Source of the DNA: an uncultured Haliea sp.
GTDB lineage: Bacteria; Pseudomonadota; Gammaproteobacteria; Pseudomonadales; Halieaceae
DNA: 64,000 nucleotides
Assembly (NCBI GenBank): GCA_947258585.1
Contig: CAMYIZ010000016.1
Location: forward strand, 12,085-76,084
Direction of reading: 5' to 3'
In this document: positions 40,648 to 50,578 of the stretch, piece by piece
How the letters are laid out: the number at the start of each line of letters is the position of its first letter
Numbering within the stretch: position 1 is the first letter of the stretch
Position numbers and translations under genes: made by a program
Notes under the pieces: generated by a model
The model's input: only the letters and a program-made list of their open reading frames with translations
What the model was told of the DNA's origin: nothing
The model's database searches: none

Positions 40648-41511
40648 TTACTCAGACCTTGCCTTGACGTGAATCGGGCCAAAATTCTCGGTTTGCACTA
40701 TCTCCACCAGGGATTCCTTGATCAGTTCCATCACTGCCAGGAAGGTGACCACGACCCCCAGGCGACCCTCCTTCGCGGAGAACAGCGCTACAAACGGCAC
40801 GAACTGGCGGCCCGACAGTTTCTCCAGCACCTCGGACATGCGCTCCCGGGTGGACAGGGCCTCGCGCTGGATATGGTGGCTCTCGAACATGTCGGCGCGG
40901 CGCAGGACCTCGCTCAGGGCCAGCAGCAGTTCGCGCATGTCCACATCCGGGTCCGGGCGCGCCCGGTTCAGGTCCGGGGGTTCGGCGCTGCCGACCCAGG
41001 TATCCCGCTCCAGCCGGGGCAGCTCCTCGATATCCTCGGCGGCTTTCTTGAACCGCTCGTACTCCTGCAGGCGCCGGATCAGCTGCGCCCGGGGATCCTC
41101 CTCATCGTCCTCCACCTCGGAGGCCCGCGGCAGCAGCATGCGGGACTTGATCTCAGCCAGTACCGCCGCCATCAGCAGGTACTCCGCCGCCAGCTCGAAC
41201 TGCATGGCGTCCATGAGCTCGACATAGCGCATGTACTGGGCAGTGATTTCAGAGACGTCGATCTCGAGGATATCCAGGTTCTGGCGCCGGATCAGGTACA
41301 GGAGGAGGTCCAGCGGCCCCTCGAAGGCTTCCAGAAACACTTCCAGGGCCTGCGGCGGGATGTACAGGTCCCGGGGCAGCTCGGTCATGGCTTTGCCCAG
41401 CACCACGGCAAAGGGCATCTCACCCTGCTGGGGGCGCTGCCCGGCAGCGGTCTCGGTGCCTGCGGGAGGTGTTGCCGGCGGCGTATCGTTCACGGGCGAT
41501 CCTGTACTCAT
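40648..41511 (-). CDS. scpA: Segregation and condensation protein A
   Basis: FEGPLDLLLYLIR, AAEYLLMAA.L..IKSRMLLP, VVTFLAVMEL. Confidence 0.95.
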   Translation of the reverse strand: MSTGSPVNDTPPATPPAGTETAAGQRPQQGEMPFAVVLGKAMTELPRDLYIPPQALEVFLEAFEGPLDLLLYLIRRQNLDILEIDVSEITAQYMRYVELMDAMQFELAAEYLLMAAVLAEIKSRMLLPRASEVEDDEEDPRAQLIRRLQEYERFKKAAEDIEELPRLERDTWVGSAEPPDLNRARPDPDVDMRELLLALSEVLRRADMFESHHIQREALSTRERMSEVLEKLSGRQFVPFVALFSAKEGRLGVVVTFLAVMELIKESLVEIVQTENFGPIHVKARSE

Positions 41512-41532
41512 CAGGGGCGAGAGTATACCCGA

Positions 41533-42156
41533 TCAGGAGTCAAATGGCGCCACGTCGCCCTTGCCGGCCCGGAGCACGATGGGAACTTCATCCGCCAGGT
41601 CCACCACCGTGGTGGGTTCGAGCCCGCAGTAGCCACCGTCGATGACCAGGTCCACGTCGTGCTCCAGCACCTCGCGGATGTCGTAGGGGTCGATCAGGGG
41701 AAACTCGTCGCCCGGCATGATCAGGGTCACGCTCATCAGGGGCTCCCCGAGGTCTGCCAGCAGGGCCATGGCGATGATGTTGTCGGGAATACGCAGGCCC
41801 ACGGTCTTGCGCTTGGGGTGCATCAGCCTTCGCGGGACCTCCGAGGTGGCGCGCAGGATGAAGGTGTAGGGCCCCGGGGTACTGGCCTTGAGCCGGCGAT
41901 ACACCGTGTTGTCCACCCGGGCGTAGTTGGCGATATCCGAGAGATCGCGGCAGACGAGGGTGAAGTTGTGGCGGTCGTCCAGGCGACGGATGCGGCGAAT
42001 CCGGTCCAGCGCTGCCTTGTCGCCAATGTGGCAGCCGAGCGCGTAGGCGGAGTCGGTCGGATAGACCACCACCCCCCCGGCCCGAATGATGTCCGTGGCC
42101 TGGCGGATCAGCCGCGCCTGCGGACTCTCCGGGTGAATCTGGAAAAACTGGCTCAC
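41533..42156 (-). CDS. yciO: Sua5/YciO/YrdC family protein
   Basis: GTG start SQFFQIHPESPQ.RLI, YPTDSAYALGC, PGPYTFIL, PTTVVDL. Confidence 0.9.
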   Translation of the reverse strand: MSQFFQIHPESPQARLIRQATDIIRAGGVVVYPTDSAYALGCHIGDKAALDRIRRIRRLDDRHNFTLVCRDLSDIANYARVDNTVYRRLKASTPGPYTFILRATSEVPRRLMHPKRKTVGLRIPDNIIAMALLADLGEPLMSVTLIMPGDEFPLIDPYDIREVLEHDVDLVIDGGYCGLEPTTVVDLADEVPIVLRAGKGDVAPFDS

Positions 42157-43016
42157 AGCGGGTCTCCTGGTGAGCGGATAGCGGGCAGCCAGCGTTCCCA
42201 CACGCCACGCAGACTGCCCAGGTGGCGCAATTCTACACCCAGTTCCGCGGTCCAGGGGCCGTCGCGGTGAAAATCACTGCCGAGGGACACTTCCAGAGCG
42301 CACTCCAGCGCCAGCCGGCACAGCTGCCGGGTCTGCTCCGGCGTCTGCCGCCCGTTGACCACTTCCACTGCCTCCCCGCCCGCGTCCTTGAAGTCTGCGA
42401 CCAGGCGATGCAGCTTGCTGCGGGTCAGCTTGTACTTGAGGGGATGCGCCAGCACCGCCACCCCGCCGGCGGCGACGATCCACCCGGTTACCTCCGCCAG
42501 GGTCGGCCAGAAGGCTTTCACATCCCCCGGCTTGCCCCGCCCGAGGTAGCGGTCGAAGGCCGTGCCGACATCGGCGACATGTCCCTGCTCCACCATCCAG
42601 GCGGCAAAGTGTGGCCGTCCCAGCTGGCTGTCGCCGGCTGCCAGCAGCGCACCCTCCAGTGCACCGGGGAACCCGAGTTTCTCCAGCCGCTCCGCGATCA
42701 CATTGCCGCGATCAATCCGGGCCGCTGCCAGTCTGGCCACACCCTGTTCCAGCACCGGATGGGTACAGTCCACGCCCAGGCCGACCACATGAATGGTCGC
42801 ACCGGACCAGACGCAGGAGAATTCCAGCCCGGCCAGGAGGCTCATTTCACCCTCACTGGGGCTATAATAGGCCGCCGCGGCCCGGTAACCCGCCACGGTA
42901 TCGTGGTCGGTTATGGCAAACAGCTGAATACCCCTGCTGCGGGCACGGTCCACCAGCTGCTCGGGGCTGAGGGCACCGTCCGAAGCGGTGGTGTGGGTGT
43001 GGAAGTCAATCAGCAC
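42153..43016 (-). CDS. PHP domain phosphoesterase (YciV/TrpH family)
   Basis: DFHTHTTASDG, AITDHD, GRPHFA, LAHP, GSDFH. Confidence 0.92.
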   Translation of the reverse strand: MLIDFHTHTTASDGALSPEQLVDRARSRGIQLFAITDHDTVAGYRAAAAYYSPSEGEMSLLAGLEFSCVWSGATIHVVGLGVDCTHPVLEQGVARLAAARIDRGNVIAERLEKLGFPGALEGALLAAGDSQLGRPHFAAWMVEQGHVADVGTAFDRYLGRGKPGDVKAFWPTLAEVTGWIVAAGGVAVLAHPLKYKLTRSKLHRLVADFKDAGGEAVEVVNGRQTPEQTRQLCRLALECALEVSLGSDFHRDGPWTAELGVELRHLGSLRGVWERWLPAIRSPGDPL

Positions 43017-43119
43017 AAACTCTACACTCCGTGATCGCTGCAACTGTTATGGCCTGATGCGGGCCCGGCAGTCCCGCGCCCAATGCGCATCCTAACATGC
43101 TGGAGCAAGGTCGTTTTTC

Positions 43120-43710
43120 ATGAGACAACTGCTGGAATTCATTCCCATCGCGCTGTTCTTCATCGTCTACCAGATGGATGGCGATACCGTGACCCTGTAC
43201 GGCTGGAGCCATACTGTGGACGGTATTTTCTCCGCCACCGCGGTGTTGATGATAGCGACCGTGATCCAGATCCTTGCCACCTGGGCACTGACCCGGCAGC
43301 TGGAAAAGCGCCTGCTCTGGGTTGGCTTCGCCGCCTGCGCCTTCGGCGCGGCGACCCTGTTGCTGCGCAACGAGATGTTCATCATGTGGAAGCCCACCAT
43401 CTTCAACTGGGTCCTGGCGCTGGTCTTTGGCGTCTCCCAGTTTGTCGGCGAGCGCAACCTGATGGAGCGCACCCTGGGCAGCCAGGTCCAGCTGCCAGCG
43501 AGAATCTGGAACCGCCTGAACCTGCTTTGGATCGCTCATTTTACCGTGGTCGGGGGCCTCAACCTCGTGGTGGCCTACGGCTACAGCGAAGCCACCTGGG
43601 TCAGTTACAAGATGTATTCCGCGATACTGTTCACCGTGATCCTGACCGGCCTGACCGCCTGGATGGTCGCCCCACACCTGAAAGAACAGCCCGCCAACAA
43701 CCAGGAGTGA
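43120..43710 (+). CDS. yciB: Inner membrane protein YciB (intracellular septation protein A)
   Basis: [29 protein letters not shown]. Confidence 0.93.
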   Translation: MRQLLEFIPIALFFIVYQMDGDTVTLYGWSHTVDGIFSATAVLMIATVIQILATWALTRQLEKRLLWVGFAACAFGAATLLLRNEMFIMWKPTIFNWVLALVFGVSQFVGERNLMERTLGSQVQLPARIWNRLNLLWIAHFTVVGGLNLVVAYGYSEATWVSYKMYSAILFTVILTGLTAWMVAPHLKEQPANNQE

Positions 43711-43717
43711 TCCCCGG

Positions 43718-44017
43718 ATGCTTTACGCGATTATCTGCGAAGACGTCGACAACAGCCTGCCTCTGCGCCAGCGCGCGCGCCCGGCGCACCTGGCCCGGAT
43801 CCAGCAGCTGGTGGACGAAGGACGTCTGCTGGTCGCGGGTCCCCATCCGGCGCTGGACACCGGGGACCCCGGTGAAGCGGGCTTTACCGGGAGCCTGATC
43901 ATTGCCGAGTTCGACAGCCTGGAAGCGGCGACCGCGTGGGCCGATTCGGATCCCTATGTCGACGCCGGCGTTTTCCGCCGCGTTGTCGTGAAGCCCTACA
44001 AGCGCGTGCTGCCCTGA
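43718..44017 (+). CDS. yciI: YciI family protein
   Basis: [30 protein letters not shown]. Confidence 0.93.
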   Translation: MLYAIICEDVDNSLPLRQRARPAHLARIQQLVDEGRLLVAGPHPALDTGDPGEAGFTGSLIIAEFDSLEAATAWADSDPYVDAGVFRRVVVKPYKRVLP

Positions 44018-44080
44018 AGCAGCGACAGCGTGATAGACTCGCGAACCCCCATGTTCGGCCCCTGTCAGAAGGAAAGCGTT

Positions 44081-44755
44081 TTGCAGTACACCCTGATTAC
44101 CTCCCTGTTGGTCTTCCTGCTCTCGACCTCGGTGCAGGCGCAGGATGTCCGCTATATCAGCGACACCCAGTACGTCCCCGTCCGCAGCGGCGCGGGCAAC
44201 GAGTTCCGTATCCTTCACCGCGGTATTCCCTCGGGCACACGGCTGACGGTGCACCGATTTTCGGAGGATGGCGAATGGTCCGAAATCACTACCGCGGACG
44301 GCACCACCGGTTGGGTCCGGGCCCAGTACCTGATGGCAGAAACCCCCGCCAGGAACCAGATTGATCAGGCCCTGGCGAAAGCAGCACAACTGGCAGCGGA
44401 AAACGCTGAGCTGTCCACGGAGCTCGCCGACCTGAAGGCCCTGCGCGAAGAACTTGAGGGAGACGCGGACAACGCCGATGCAACCCTGCAAACACTGACC
44501 GAGGAGCTGGCGCAGCTGAAGCAGATTTCCGGTCGCTCGCTGCAGCTGGACGCTGACAACCGGCGGCTGACAGAGGAAACCGAAAACCTGCGCGCCCAGG
44601 TCGACATGCTCGGCGCCGAAACCCAGCGCCTGCAGGAGAGCCTGCGCAGCAGCGCGTTCCTGGACGGCGCCCTGGCGGTGCTGCTGGGGGTTGTCATCGC
44701 GGTGGTGGCCCCCCGCCTCTGGCCCAAGCGTCGACGCAATGACGGCTGGGGCTGA
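44081..44755 (+). CDS. SH3 domain protein with coiled coil and C-terminal TM (YgiM-like)
   Basis: Signal peptide, YISD..VPVRSG.G, GWVRAQYL, coil, C-terminal TM. TTG start chosen from the AAGGA SD; ATG at 44051 also possible. Confidence 0.85.
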   Translation: MQYTLITSLLVFLLSTSVQAQDVRYISDTQYVPVRSGAGNEFRILHRGIPSGTRLTVHRFSEDGEWSEITTADGTTGWVRAQYLMAETPARNQIDQALAKAAQLAAENAELSTELADLKALREELEGDADNADATLQTLTEELAQLKQISGRSLQLDADNRRLTEETENLRAQVDMLGAETQRLQESLRSSAFLDGALAVLLGVVIAVVAPRLWPKRRRNDGWG

Positions 44756-44791
44756 TATCCGCCGACCCATCCGCAACGAGAGGATCTGTCC

Positions 44792-45364
44792 ATGTTACGC
44801 GCCCTGAGCCTGGCTCTGCTGTTCCTGCTGCCCCTGACCGCTGCCGCGGAGGAAACCCCGCTGCCCAACCCGCAGGTCGTGATCAAGACCAACGAGGGCG
44901 ACATTACCCTGCGCCTGTTCCGCGACAAGGCCCCGGTGACGGTGGCCAACTTCCTCGCCTATGTCGATGCCGGCCACTACAACGGCACCATTTTCCATCG
45001 CGTGATTCCCAACTTCATGATCCAGGGAGGCGGCTTCCTGCCCGACATGAGCGAGAAGGCAACCGGCGCCCCCATCGTCAACGAGTCGCGCAACCGCCTG
45101 CACAACATCCGCGGCACCGTCGCCATGGCCCGCACCGCCGATCCCGACTCCGCCGCGGCACAGTTCTTCATCAACCAGCGCAGCAACCTGCAACTGGACT
45201 GGTCACCCGGTCAGGACGGCTATGCGGTCTTTGGCGAGGTGACCGATGGCATGACGGTGGTGGATTACATTGCCTCCAGTCCGGTACAGGTGATGAACGG
45301 CCACCCCGATGTGCCCGCCGAGCCCATCGTGATCCTGGAAATTGCCCGCAAGCCGCTGCCATGA
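44792..45364 (+). CDS. Periplasmic cyclophilin-type peptidyl-prolyl isomerase
   Basis: Signal peptide; AP.TVANFL.Y, YNGTIFHRVIPNFMIQGGG, GTVAMART, QFFIN, GYAVFG.V. Confidence 0.95.
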   Translation: MLRALSLALLFLLPLTAAAEETPLPNPQVVIKTNEGDITLRLFRDKAPVTVANFLAYVDAGHYNGTIFHRVIPNFMIQGGGFLPDMSEKATGAPIVNESRNRLHNIRGTVAMARTADPDSAAAQFFINQRSNLQLDWSPGQDGYAVFGEVTDGMTVVDYIASSPVQVMNGHPDVPAEPIVILEIARKPLP

Positions 45365-46143
45365 CCGCTCTCAGTGTCAACCTCAACAAGATCGCGCTGA
45401 TCCGCAATTCCCGGGACACCAGCAATCCGGATATCCCGCGGCATGCGCAGATCTGCATCGACGCAGGCGCCGACGGCATCACCGTCCACCCCCGGCCCGA
45501 CCAGCGCCACATCCGGGTGCAGGACTGCCACGACCTGGCAGGGATGTTGCGCGTGGAGTTCAATATCGAGGGCAATCCCATGACCGGCCCGCGCAAGAGT
45601 GACCGGCCGGGGGTCGGCGACTATCCGGGTTTCATGGCCCTGGTCAGGGAGATTCGCCCGGCCCAGTGCACGCTGGTTCCCGACGGCGACAACCAGCTCA
45701 CTTCCGACCACGGCTTCGACCTGAGGCGTGACGGCGATGCGGTAGCGCCCCTGGTTGCAGAGCTCAAGGCCCTGGGCATCCGCACCAGCCTGTTCATGGA
45801 CCCTGACCCGGAGCAAATCCGGCTGGCCGTCCAGACCGGTACCGACCGCATCGAGCTGTACACCGAGAGCTATGCCCGCGCCTTCGCCGCGGGCAGGGAC
45901 GTGGAGGCGGTGCTGCAGCGCTATATCGAAGCGGCCGAGACAGCCGCGGATGTCGGTCTCGGGGTGAACGCAGGCCACGACCTGGACCTGCACAACCTGC
46001 CGCTGTTCACCCGGGTCCCGGGGCTGCTGGAAGTGTCCATTGGCCACGCCCTGACCGTGGATGCCCTGAGCATGGGGCTGGGCCGCGCCGTTGCCGCCTA
46101 CCAGCGCGCCCTCGGCAAGACCGTTGCCGACACCGCCGCCTGA
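45361..46143 (+). CDS. pdxJ: Pyridoxine 5'-phosphate synthase
   Basis: LSVNLNKIA..RN, GITVHPRPDQRHI, CTLVPD, ELYT, NAGHDL, SIGHAL. Confidence 0.96.
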   Translation: MTALSVNLNKIALIRNSRDTSNPDIPRHAQICIDAGADGITVHPRPDQRHIRVQDCHDLAGMLRVEFNIEGNPMTGPRKSDRPGVGDYPGFMALVREIRPAQCTLVPDGDNQLTSDHGFDLRRDGDAVAPLVAELKALGIRTSLFMDPDPEQIRLAVQTGTDRIELYTESYARAFAAGRDVEAVLQRYIEAAETAADVGLGVNAGHDLDLHNLPLFTRVPGLLEVSIGHALTVDALSMGLGRAVAAYQRALGKTVADTAA

Positions 46144-46153
46144 GCGGAACCGC

Positions 46154-46819
46154 ATGGACGACGAGTTGCCGCCCTACCTGGTTCCCCACAGCCAGGAGCC
46201 CATCGGGATACTGTATCAGGATGCTCACCTGCTGCTGGTGCGCAAACCCCACCTGTTGCTCAGTGTTCCCGGCCGCCACCCCCTCAACAAGGACTGTCTG
46301 GTAACCCGGCTGCAGCAGGATTTCCCCGGCGCCAGCATCGTCCACCGGCTGGATCTCGACACTTCCGGAATCATGGTGATACCGCTGGACAAGCCCACCC
46401 ACGCCCATATCAGTCGCCAGTTCCAGGAACGGCTGGTATACAAGCAGTACGAGGCGGTGGTCTGGGGCGTGGTGGAGACGGACAGCGGTGAAATCAGCCT
46501 GCCCATCGTCTGCGACTGGGAGCGGCGTCCACTGCAGAAAATCTGCCATGAGACCGGCCGCGAGGCCATCACCTGGTTCGAAGTCCTGGAACGCGGCACG
46601 GACCGCACCCGGCTGCAGCTGACCCCGCAGACCGGCCGCTCGCACCAGTTGCGCATCCACTGCCGGGAACTGGGCCACCCCATTCTCGGCTGCGACATGT
46701 ACGCCCACGAGGCGGCCCTGGCACTGTCACCGCGGCTGCTGCTACACGCCACCGAACTGGGCTTCACTCATCCGGCCACCGGTGCCTGGCTGCAGGGGGA
46801 GTGCCCCGCGGATTTCTGA
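46154..46819 (+). CDS. rluA: RluA family pseudouridine synthase
   Basis: LLSVPGR, VHRLDLDTSG, TGRSHQLRIH, GHPILG, LLLHA..L.F.HP. Confidence 0.85.
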   Translation: MDDELPPYLVPHSQEPIGILYQDAHLLLVRKPHLLLSVPGRHPLNKDCLVTRLQQDFPGASIVHRLDLDTSGIMVIPLDKPTHAHISRQFQERLVYKQYEAVVWGVVETDSGEISLPIVCDWERRPLQKICHETGREAITWFEVLERGTDRTRLQLTPQTGRSHQLRIHCRELGHPILGCDMYAHEAALALSPRLLLHATELGFTHPATGAWLQGECPADF

Positions 46820-46822
46820 GCC

Positions 46823-47623
46823 TCAGCTCGCCGCCGGCAAATAGCTGCACCAGTCCGACCAGCTGCCCGGGTACAGCAGCGCGTCATCATCGCCCAGTTG
46901 CGCAAGTGCATAGAGATTGACGCAGGCGGTGACCCCCGAACCACAGTAAACGATGCGCTTTACCCCTTCGGGAACCGCGGCAAAATGTTCCGCGAGGGCC
47001 GTCGTATCGCGCAGCCTGCCGCTGTCGTCGCTGACCCGCTGCCAGGGCACATTGAGCGCACCGGGGATGTGGCCGGCCACCGGGTCGATCGGCTCTTCAA
47101 CGCCGGCGAAGCGGCGGGGCTCCCGCGAGTCCAGCAGCACCGCCCCTGCGGCCTGCAGTTGCCGCAGGTGGTCAATATTGCAATACCCGCGATAGTCACC
47201 CACAGCCGGCGGCGGGCAGGGCCTGGGTACCGGCGCCGCAGTGGAAGCCGAGCCGCCCGCGGCGAGCCAGCCCTGGTAGCCGCCGTTCAGCAGCCGGGGC
47301 GGACGGTAGCCCAGCGCCCGCATCAGCCACCAGAGTCGGGCGGCGAAGGCGAAACGGGAATCGTCGTAGGCAACCACCGGGGTGTCGAGGCCGATACCTA
47401 GAGCCGCGAGCCTCGCCGCCAGCTTGCCCGGGGCGGGCAGCGGATGGCGGCCCCCGTGGCGCCCAACCGGCCCGGAGAGATCCTCTTCCAGATCGAGATA
47501 ATGGGCACCGGGGATATGGCCCGCCAGGTATTGCCCGCGCCCGGCAGTCGGCTGGCCAAGCACGAACCGGCAGTCAATGATCACCGCGTCCCCCGGCGCG
47601 AACAACTCAGCAGCATCCAGCAC
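46823..47623 (-). CDS. Tandem-rhodanese sulfurtransferase (SseA-like)
   Basis: GHIPGA twice, AARLWW, active-site loop [16 protein letters not shown]. Confidence 0.92.
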   Translation of the reverse strand: MLDAAELFAPGDAVIIDCRFVLGQPTAGRGQYLAGHIPGAHYLDLEEDLSGPVGRHGGRHPLPAPGKLAARLAALGIGLDTPVVAYDDSRFAFAARLWWLMRALGYRPPRLLNGGYQGWLAAGGSASTAAPVPRPCPPPAVGDYRGYCNIDHLRQLQAAGAVLLDSREPRRFAGVEEPIDPVAGHIPGALNVPWQRVSDDSGRLRDTTALAEHFAAVPEGVKRIVYCGSGVTACVNLYALAQLGDDDALLYPGSWSDWCSYLPAAS

Positions 47624-47776
47624 AGGCCACGTCTCCCCCTCAGCCGTTATTGAACCGGCAGTTTAGCGGCCTGCACCGGCCGACGCGAGTGGGATTGACC
47701 TTGAACACAAGCCGGACAGGGCTGCCTGCGGCCGGTGACTGTACTAGAATCAGGAAAATAGCCCGGAGCTCAGGCC

Positions 47777-48280
47777 GTGGTCATCCACAGCACCGATGGC
47801 GACACCGTTACTATCGTCGCCAAGCCCAACCAGTCCGCATCCTGGCGCAGCAACCAGCTGGTCCTGCTTGCATTGTCGGTGCCCTCCCTGGGCGCCGCCG
47901 TCGGCTTTGCCCTCGCCGGGGCCTGGCCCATCCTGCCCTTCGCCGGGCTGGAACTCACCGCCCTGGGAGCCTCCCTGTACTACGTGAACTGGAAACTCCA
48001 GTACCGGCACGTCATTACCCTCGGTCCCGAGGCCGTGCGCATCGACAAGGGCTTCTACCTGCCCCGCCAGAGCTGGACCTTTGCCCGCGCCAGCACGGGC
48101 CTCAGCATGGAGCCCACACGCCACCCCTGGGATGCCCCCGCCCTGAGCCTGCAGTGCGGCGGCGAGCGCATCAGCGTCGGCGAATTCCTCAGCCGCGACG
48201 ACGGCCTCCTCCTGCAGCAGCACCTGCGCCAGCAACTGCGCGTACTGGGCTACAGCGAACGCGCCAGTCACGCCTTCTGA
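47777..48280 (+). CDS. DUF2244 family membrane protein
   Basis: PN.S.S..; two TM with [12 protein letters not shown]; VGEFL near the C-terminus. Confidence 0.8.
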   Translation: MVIHSTDGDTVTIVAKPNQSASWRSNQLVLLALSVPSLGAAVGFALAGAWPILPFAGLELTALGASLYYVNWKLQYRHVITLGPEAVRIDKGFYLPRQSWTFARASTGLSMEPTRHPWDAPALSLQCGGERISVGEFLSRDDGLLLQQHLRQQLRVLGYSERASHAF

Positions 48281-48372
48281 CCCACGCCCTGCGCCAGGCC
48301 CGCTCAGGGCCATTGGGTGATTGGCCCCACACCTGTATAATCGCCGGCCCTGCCCAGCCCCGGAATACCGCC

Positions 48373-49689
48373 ATGTCTCGCAACAAAGTCGGCTTCGTCA
48401 GCCTGGGGTGCCCCAAGGCCCTGGTTGATTCCGAACGGATCCTGACCCAGCTCAAGCTGGACGGCTACGACATCGTGCCCAGCTACCAGGATGCCGAGCT
48501 GGTGGTGGTCAACACCTGCGGTTTCATCGACAGCGCCAAGCAGGAATCCCTGGACGCCATTGGCGAAGCGCTGAGCGAGAACGGCCGGGTGATCGTGACC
48601 GGCTGTATGGGCAAGGGGGCCGATGCCGAGTCCATCCTGCAACTGCATCCAAAAGTCCTCAGTGTCACCGGACCCGCCGCCTACGAAGAAGTGGTCAGCG
48701 CCGTGCACCAGTACGTGCCGCACACCCCGGTACACGACCCTTATGTCGACCTGGTTCCGCCCCAGGGCGTGAAGTTGACCCCGCGCCACTACGCCTATTT
48801 GAAGATATCCGAGGGCTGCAACCACCGCTGCAGTTTCTGCATTATTCCGCACATGCGCGGCGACCTGGTGAGCCGCCCGATTGGCGAGGTCATGGAGGAA
48901 GCCGAGCGCCTGGTCAATGCCGGGGTGCGCGAGCTGCTGGTGATCTCCCAGGACACTAGTGCCTACGGGGTGGACCTGAAATACCGCACCGGTTTCTGGA
49001 ACGGGCGGCCCATGAAGACCAGCATGCAATCCCTGTGCGAAGGCCTGGCGGAATTCGGCATCTGGGTGCGGCTGCACTATGTCTATCCCTACCCCCATGT
49101 CGACAACATCCTGCCGCTGATGGCGGAGGGTAAAATCCTGCCCTATCTGGACATCCCCTTCCAGCACGGCAGCCCCAGTGTACTCAAGCGCATGAAACGC
49201 CCCGCCGCCGCCGAGAAGTCTCTGGAACGCATCCATCACTGGCGCCAAGTCTGCCCGGACATCACCCTGCGCAGCACTTTCATTGTCGGCTTCCCCGGGG
49301 AGACCGACGCGGATTTCGAGCTGTTGCTGGATTTCCTGGAAGAGGCGCAGCTCGACCGGGTGGGCTGCTTCCAGTACTCCCCGGTAGCCGGCGCGCCCGC
49401 CAACGACCTGCCCGACCAGATCCCGGAGGCGATCAAGCAGGAGCGCTGGGAGCGGTTCATGGCCCTGCAGCAGGAGATCAGCGCGGCGAAGCTGCAGGCC
49501 AAGGTCGGCCGCACCATTGAGATCCTGATTGACGAGGTGGACGAGGAGGGGGCCATCGGGCGCTCTACCGCGGACGCGCCCGAAATCGACGGCAAAGTGT
49601 ACCTGGACGGTATCAGCGACCTGCAGCCGGGGGATTTTGTCGAGGCCGAGGTCACCGCCGCCGACGACTACGACCTCTGGGCAGGCTGA
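48373..49689 (+). CDS. rimO: Ribosomal protein S12 methylthiotransferase
   Basis: [19 protein letters not shown], radical [17 protein letters not shown] domain. TATAAT at 48336 upstream. Confidence 0.98.
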   Translation: MSRNKVGFVSLGCPKALVDSERILTQLKLDGYDIVPSYQDAELVVVNTCGFIDSAKQESLDAIGEALSENGRVIVTGCMGKGADAESILQLHPKVLSVTGPAAYEEVVSAVHQYVPHTPVHDPYVDLVPPQGVKLTPRHYAYLKISEGCNHRCSFCIIPHMRGDLVSRPIGEVMEEAERLVNAGVRELLVISQDTSAYGVDLKYRTGFWNGRPMKTSMQSLCEGLAEFGIWVRLHYVYPYPHVDNILPLMAEGKILPYLDIPFQHGSPSVLKRMKRPAAAEKSLERIHHWRQVCPDITLRSTFIVGFPGETDADFELLLDFLEEAQLDRVGCFQYSPVAGAPANDLPDQIPEAIKQERWERFMALQQEISAAKLQAKVGRTIEILIDEVDEEGAIGRSTADAPEIDGKVYLDGISDLQPGDFVEAEVTAADDYDLWAG

Positions 49690-49692
49690 CCG

Positions 49693-50400
49693 TTGAACCT
49701 GCTGCTGTTTGCCCCGGGCGAATGCACTGCCGGGGGACACCTGCGCCTGACCGACCGCCGCGCCACACACCTGCGCCAGGTGCTCCAGGCGAAGCCCGGC
49801 GACGAGGTGCAGGTGGGGGCGATCGGTGGCGGGATCGGCCGGGGCATCATCACCGCCATCGACAGGCACAGCGTCGAGCTGCGGGTGACACTGTCCAGCC
49901 CGCCGCCGCCCAAGCTGCCGGTAACCCTGCTGCTGGCCCTGCCGCGGCCCAAGATGCTGCGCCGTATCCTGCGCGCGGCCGCCGAGTTCGGGGCCGCCGA
50001 GATTCACCTGCTGAACAGTTTCCGGGTCGAGAAGAGCTACTGGCAAACCCCGGTGCTCGCCCCCGCCACGGTCCGTGACTACCTGCTGCAGGGTCTGGAG
50101 CAGGCCCGCGACACCCTGTTGCCGCCTGTACACTTGCACACTCGCTTCAAGCCCTTCGTGGAAGACCAGCTACCCGGCCTCCTGGCGGGCCGCGACGCCC
50201 TCCTCGCCCACCCCGGCGACGCCCCCCTGGCGCCCACCGGGCTCGAACGGGACACGGTACTGGTGGTCGGACCCGAGGGTGGTTTCATTCCCTACGAAGT
50301 GGAGAAACTGCTGGCGGCGGGCTGCCGCCAGGTATCGCTGGGGCCGCGCATCCTGCGCGTGGAGAACGCCGTCGCGGCGCTGCTGGGGCGGGCAATCTGA
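49693..50400 (+). CDS. rsmE: 16S rRNA m3U1498 methyltransferase (RsmE family)
   Basis: H...VL, LALPRPK, GLEQA.DT..P, VGPEGGF, LGPRILRVE.A. Confidence 0.9.
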   Translation: MNLLLFAPGECTAGGHLRLTDRRATHLRQVLQAKPGDEVQVGAIGGGIGRGIITAIDRHSVELRVTLSSPPPPKLPVTLLLALPRPKMLRRILRAAAEFGAAEIHLLNSFRVEKSYWQTPVLAPATVRDYLLQGLEQARDTLLPPVHLHTRFKPFVEDQLPGLLAGRDALLAHPGDAPLAPTGLERDTVLVVGPEGGFIPYEVEKLLAAGCRQVSLGPRILRVENAVAALLGRAI

Positions 50401-50435
50401 GGACTGTCATGGAGCGACGCTGGGCGCGGAAGCGG

Positions 50436-50539
50436 GGACGCCGTGGTGCTGTTCCGGGGACCGTTGAGCGCATGGATGCGCGATACGAGCCTACATGGAC
50501 GTACTCGCGGCGTGTCCCCGGAACAGCACTACGGCGTCC
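50436..50539. repeat. ~104-bp palindromic intergenic element (REP/MITE-like)
   Basis: 26-bp arms at 50436-50461 and 50514-50539 with one G:T mismatch; the inner 52 nt holds two small hairpins with ATGGA loops. Confidence 0.8.
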
Positions 50540-50578
50540 ACGCGGAGACCCCGCGCGGAATCTCCAGCAGGTCCGTTC

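Noticed and set aside
47696-47710. FNR box or sigma32 promoter upstream of DUF2244
   Set aside because: The right half-site is poor (AACAC versus ATCAA), and no CCCCAT follows the CTTGAA.
47650-48372. 240-aa N-terminal extension of RimO in the ORF track
   Set aside because: It overlaps the DUF2244 gene in another frame; the true start is MSRNKVG at 48373, after a TATAAT.
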